Part shown: positions 5,523 through 9,123 of the stretch, one piece after another
Numbering within the stretch: the stretch's first letter is position 1
How the letters are laid out: the number at the start of each line of letters is the position of its first letter
Virus record (IMG/VR): IMGVR_UViG_3300005964_000039
Span: 1-9,123 of that record
Reading direction: 5' to 3' (one strand)
Length of the DNA: 9,123 nucleotides
Translations under genes and position numbers: made by a program
The notes under the pieces: model-generated
The model's database searches: none
The model's input: only the letters and a program-made list of their open reading frames with translations
Told to the model about the DNA's origin: nothing

Positions 5523-6292
5523 AATAAACCACCGAATTTATTTCTAGCATTATTAATACATTTTGCTATATCATTTCTAGGAACGCCTTCTATACACCTT
5601 TTTGAAACGAAATTAGCACTTGAGGAATTTATTACACTTTCTATTGTTACAGGCTCAAAATTTACAAAGTTCTCATGTATCACGCAATTTGGCCCCGCAT
5701 ATTTAAATAGGATAGGATGGACTTTTTTGACTTCTTCCAACATTGCCCATGCTATCTTTCTGATCTCCCACTGTGATCTACTGCACAGCCTTAAGCTGAA
5801 GAAGTTATACAATTCTCTTGCGTTCATGGTCACTACTATGTTAGTGTTTACGCCATTTGGTAAAACATATCTTGCATCTTCTTCAGGAACGCCATTTTCC
5901 AAAAGAGAATAGTAATAATTATAAATTTGCTTATATGCAGTTTCAATAATACCTTTGGCCCTTTTTTCTACTGATTGTGGAACTACTGGTTTGAAAAATT
6001 CATCAATTGGTTTAGCAAATCTGTGGCTCATCTGTGTATAAGAGGCTATCCTGTGCCTGACCAACTGATGAGATGCCACTCTAGATATGTCCTCTATAGA
6101 GAAAGTATAAACTGAATGTTCCAAGACTGACCAATATCCGTGAAGTATGGCGTCTTTTATCCATGTTTCTATCTCTTCTTTTGTCATGTCTTTTTCATGA
6201 TGTTCCCATCCTTTCCTACTCCTAGACATCTTAGATGCTATGGCCACAATTTTCTCCCCATCTTGTGAAAAAGAAACTAATTGAACTTTCAT
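5519..6292 (-). CDS. thyX: Flavin-dependent thymidylate synthase ThyX
   Basis: Signature RHRx7S ([11 protein letters not shown]), plus [23 protein letters not shown] and TMNAREL...LR...QWEIR motifs. Confidence 0.97.
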   Translation of the reverse strand: MKVQLVSFSQDGEKIVAIASKMSRSRKGWEHHEKDMTKEEIETWIKDAILHGYWSVLEHSVYTFSIEDISRVASHQLVRHRIASYTQMSHRFAKPIDEFFKPVVPQSVEKRAKGIIETAYKQIYNYYYSLLENGVPEEDARYVLPNGVNTNIVVTMNARELYNFFSLRLCSRSQWEIRKIAWAMLEEVKKVHPILFKYAGPNCVIHENFVNFEPVTIESVINSSSANFVSKRCIEGVPRNDIAKCINNARNKFGGLF

Positions 6293-6307
6293 TTATATCA
6301 TCTTTTT

Positions 6308-6496
6308 CTATTTTAATCTCATTATTTTTTCTATTCTGGCTTTTGGATTTGTTTCTTTTTCTAATTCCTCTTGTAAGAACTTTTGTAATGCTAACCGTAT
6401 TACTTCACTTCTATACATCCTATGATTTATAGCGTAAGTGTCCATTTTTATTATTAAATCTTCATCAGCTTTGAATACAATTACTCTAAGTCCCAT
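6308..6496 (-). CDS. Ribbon-helix-helix (CopG/Arc/MetJ) transcription regulator
   Basis: Beta strand RVIVFKA, helix DEDLIIKMDTYA, then RSEVIRLALQKFL. Start directly follows the ORF92 stop. Confidence 0.88.
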   Translation of the reverse strand: MGLRVIVFKADEDLIIKMDTYAINHRMYRSEVIRLALQKFLQEELEKETNPKARIEKIMRLK

Positions 6497-6775
6497 TTAA
6501 ATTACCCCCGTTACTTTTTTTGTTACGTGAGTTTTTCCTACCGTTACACCGATTGTGAACATTCCTTCAGATTTTAACTTATATATTCTTATTTCGAAAT
6601 AAAATGGTTTATTTTGCATAACTAAATATCCATTTATACTCATTTCCTTTTTCGCATAAAATAGAATTTCAAACTTTCCTGAAAAAAATATTGCACCGTC
6701 TAAAATATTATAAATATCTTCTTCTTCTAGTCTTTCAACTATCTTTTTCACTTCCTCTAATGTTGTGGAACTCAT
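6497..6775 (-). CDS. Hypothetical protein (92 aa), first gene of the ORF92-RHH-thyX-ORF110 operon
   Basis: GAGGG RBS, own TATA+GTC promoter, paralogous to ORF119. Confidence 0.85.
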   Translation of the reverse strand: MSSTTLEEVKKIVERLEEEDIYNILDGAIFFSGKFEILFYAKKEMSINGYLVMQNKPFYFEIRIYKLKSEGMFTIGVTVGKTHVTKKVTGVI

Positions 6776-6788
6776 GTTCCCTCAACAT

Positions 6789-6821
6789 AATGACGTAATA
6801 TGACGTTTAAAAACATTTATA
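6789..6821 (-). promoter_or_regulatory. TATA+GTC promoter with tandem ACGTCAT sites
   Basis: Minus strand TTTTTAAACGTCATATTACGTCATT; ATGACGT at 6790-6796 and 6800-6806 (10-bp period). Confidence 0.75.
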
Positions 6822-6837
6822 TTTTTAGACTTTTAGT

Positions 6838-7452
6838 TTAGAACAGAGATCCATAGCATTTTCCCTTAAACTCACAGTTCTTACAGAAATAGGAATTAAC
6901 AGGCGGTATATTTTTATGATCTTCCATCTTTATATACTCTTTGAATTTCTTAATCCATTCTATCGCTTTTTGTATATATTCATCTATCAATTTTTTATCT
7001 ATTAAGAATTGTTTAACTTCTCTATTTAGCCTATTCAAATATATAATATAGATATTGTCAATTTTATAATTCTGTTGTTGTAAAAGATAGTAATATATAG
7101 CGACTTGGTAAAGATGATATTCTTTTATTTGGAAATAATTAGTTGAAATAGTTTTTAACTCTATAAGATCATTATTACAAATTAGATCTATTCTCCCAGA
7201 TATTTTCATTCCTTCAATTTCGCCATTTATTTCAATTTCAGTCTTACAATTTAACTTTTCTTCAAAATAGTGCTCAACTTTTTCATGATATTGTTCACCT
7301 AGGTCAAGACTAATTTCATTTACTGCTTTCTCAAATTCAAATTTTCTACTGAAATAGCTTTTTCTAAAGCAAATTCCAATTTCGCTAGGAAATATTGTAT
7401 CTTCTGGATATTTCATTTTGAAACTTTGTTTTACAAATTCTTCATAATTCAT
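6838..7452 (-). CDS. cas4: Cas4-like (RecB/PD-(D/E)XK) nuclease, SIRV2 gp19-like, not CRISPR-associated
   Basis: [10 protein letters not shown] first Fe-S Cys, GRID...IELKT catalytic motifs, QxxxY (QVAIY), C-terminal CxxC-x5-C; GGTGA RBS. Confidence 0.93.
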   Translation of the reverse strand: MNYEEFVKQSFKMKYPEDTIFPSEIGICFRKSYFSRKFEFEKAVNEISLDLGEQYHEKVEHYFEEKLNCKTEIEINGEIEGMKISGRIDLICNNDLIELKTISTNYFQIKEYHLYQVAIYYYLLQQQNYKIDNIYIIYLNRLNREVKQFLIDKKLIDEYIQKAIEWIKKFKEYIKMEDHKNIPPVNSYFCKNCEFKGKCYGSLF

Positions 7453-7454
7453 AG

Positions 7455-8765
7455 TTATTCACCGCCAAAATTGCTAAATCTCATAAAATTAATTATTTGG
7501 TTACATATTTCATCATTAGTTTTTTGACCTATTTGAAGATCAATATCAAAGGCCTGAAGAATCAGTTGTATATCGATACTTTGTTCTTGTCTTCTGGACT
7601 GAAGAGTATCACAGATTACATAATTTGTTGTTTTATTAATCTTATCTTGAATGATTTCTACTAAGGCCTTCAAAATTGAAGGATATAAAACTCTTCCATT
7701 TATTACTCTTTCATAAGTTTTTTTCACTGCTAATTGTATAATATGAATTCTGTCTAGTATAGCAGAAGTAAATATTTCATAATTGGCTAAATAGTCCTCA
7801 AGGTCAGGAGTTTTTAGCCGATCTATTGTCATAGAATATGGATTTCCTGCGTAAATAATTGGAATACATTTTTGGATAGTTGCTGATTTGGATTCTGAAC
7901 CGGCCCCTCTTGTCCATATACAATTTTCAATTCCGGTTGATAAAGTTGAATTTATGGCATTTAATTCTTTTGCAGAAAATCCATCTTTCCAAGTTTGTAT
8001 TTCGTCAAAAATTAGGCCGTTTGATAGAAATACAGCACCATACATATTATTTCTTGCATCATAAATTAAATTTGCATATGTCGGTGATTCGGTATAATAT
8101 CTAAAGTTAAAAACTTCTTGAAGTATCATGAAAGTTGTAGTTTTTCCAGTTCCTCTATTTGAAATTTCGATATAATTTATCTGTCTTTTTGTAATTGGAG
8201 ATTTAAATAATGGGAACAATCTAGGCAGAAATAAAAATATATCATTTACTTCCATTTTTGTTGGGTCATATCCGAAAGCCTGAAGAAGAAGGGCATATGT
8301 TTGTTTTTCTGAATTAGCTATCTCGAATAATTCTTTTGCAATTTCGTAATTATTTGGTGGTTCAATTGAATAAATATCTGATATATACCAATTTTCTACT
8401 CCTTTTCTTATTTTAACAAACATGTAACTAGTTACTAAATTGTAAAAATCATCAGGATTATCAGCAATTTGGTGAGGATCAAAAGAGCCTACAAATCCAT
8501 TTTGAAATCTTGCTATTATTTCATTTCCTTTAACTTTAAAATTTGTTATCTTAGAGATGAATTTTATTTCATTGAAAAATGGCAAATTAGAGTTAAAATA
8601 TTGTTGATCAGTCCCACGTTTATAAGCCTTTAAAATTCCATTTTTCTTAGATTCTTCAATTTGTTTTTCACCAATTATGAGATTTAAAATTCTTTCAGTA
8701 TCACGGGGATTATAAAAAAATGTATGAGATTTTACTTTATCCAAAAGACTAACTGAACTGCTCAT
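7455..8765 (-). CDS. AAA+ ATPase (Lon/MCM-like), SIRV2 gp18-like putative helicase
   Basis: Walker A RGTGKTT, Walker B LIFDE, sensor-1 IYAGNP, Arg finger AILDR; 436 aa; lies between the SSB and Cas4-like genes as in rudiviruses. Confidence 0.9.
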   Translation of the reverse strand: MSSSVSLLDKVKSHTFFYNPRDTERILNLIIGEKQIEESKKNGILKAYKRGTDQQYFNSNLPFFNEIKFISKITNFKVKGNEIIARFQNGFVGSFDPHQIADNPDDFYNLVTSYMFVKIRKGVENWYISDIYSIEPPNNYEIAKELFEIANSEKQTYALLLQAFGYDPTKMEVNDIFLFLPRLFPLFKSPITKRQINYIEISNRGTGKTTTFMILQEVFNFRYYTESPTYANLIYDARNNMYGAVFLSNGLIFDEIQTWKDGFSAKELNAINSTLSTGIENCIWTRGAGSESKSATIQKCIPIIYAGNPYSMTIDRLKTPDLEDYLANYEIFTSAILDRIHIIQLAVKKTYERVINGRVLYPSILKALVEIIQDKINKTTNYVICDTLQSRRQEQSIDIQLILQAFDIDLQIGQKTNDEICNQIINFMRFSNFGGE

Positions 8766-8771
8766 GAAAAA

Positions 8772-8804
8772 AATGATAACTTATGACGTTTTAAAACTCT
8801 TCCT
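8772..8804 (-). promoter_or_regulatory. Putative internal TATA+GTC promoter of the ATPase gene
   Basis: Minus strand GAAGAG-TTTTAAAA-CGTCATAAGTTATCATT; TATA (8789-8796) overlaps the upstream stop codon and ends 24 nt before ATG 8765. Confidence 0.6.
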
Positions 8805-9123
8805 CAACGTTCTTTTTACTAGTCTTTTTTGTTTTTTCCGCTTTTTCACTTTCTTCTTCATCACCAAGTTCCAATTCTTCTTCTTGGACTCTATTATTAT
8901 TTCTACTAGTAAATCTTACGTATTCATTAAGCAAATCTGCATATTTTTCCAGAAACTCTGAGATTAGTCTTAAATCTTCAGCATCATTAGCAGTTATTCC
9001 TATCTGCTTCCTGAAGTTATTTTGACTATGGATAGTCATACTGTATCTTACTTTTCCGTCCTGAGGAATGGCATTTAGTTGCACTACAATTCGCTTTATA
9101 CCTTTGATTTTTAATATTCTAGA
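8791..9123 (-). CDS. Rudiviral ssDNA-binding protein (SIRV2 gp17-like), 5'-truncated by the window edge
   Basis: Frame is open to 9123: SRILKIKGIKRIVVQLNAIPQDGKVRYSMTIHSQNNFRKQIG..., matching the recalled SIRV ORF131 family. Acidic, disordered C-tail ending EEEF. The ORF-track start at 9084 is an internal GTG. Confidence 0.88.
   Translation of the reverse strand, partial: SRILKIKGIKRIVVQLNAIPQDGKVRYSMTIHSQNNFRKQIGITANDAEDLRLISEFLEKYADLLNEYVRFTSRNNNRVQEEELELGDEEESEKAEKTKKTSKKNVEEEF

Noticed and set aside
5347-6432. Plus-strand ORFs 5347-5547, 5727-5912 and 6235-6432
   Set aside because: Antisense shadows of ORF110, thyX and the RHH gene, with no expression signals.
6838-7452. Cas4 as evidence for a CRISPR-Cas locus
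   Set aside because: No cas1/cas2 or array. It is the solo viral nuclease of the rudiviral replication module.
7880-8961. Plus-strand ORFs 7880-8104 and 8764-8961
   Set aside because: Antisense to the ATPase and SSB genes. The Phe-rich content mirrors Lys/Glu codons on the coding strand.

Overview
AT-rich terminal region of a linear archaeal virus genome, most likely a rudivirus (Rudiviridae, Sulfolobales hosts). The assignment rests on the minus-strand SIRV2 gp17-like ssDNA-binding protein / gp18-like AAA+ ATPase / gp19-like Cas4 nuclease module, recognised from recalled family sequences with no database search. Layout: (1) about 1.1 kb of non-coding, repeat-rich, ITR-like DNA; (2) about 3.6 kb of small monocistronic genes, each with a repeated BRE-TATA promoter and a T-rich terminator, typical of an early/anti-defence island, including two tandem paralogs, a Cys-rich protein, a winged-helix regulator and orphan promoters; (3) an unannotated GC-rich double-hairpin element (5071-5134) behind its own promoter, a candidate viral small RNA with two identical GGCG-UAG-CGCC hairpins; (4) a minus-strand operon ORF92-RHH-thyX-ORF110; (5) the replication/recombination core, truncated at the right edge.
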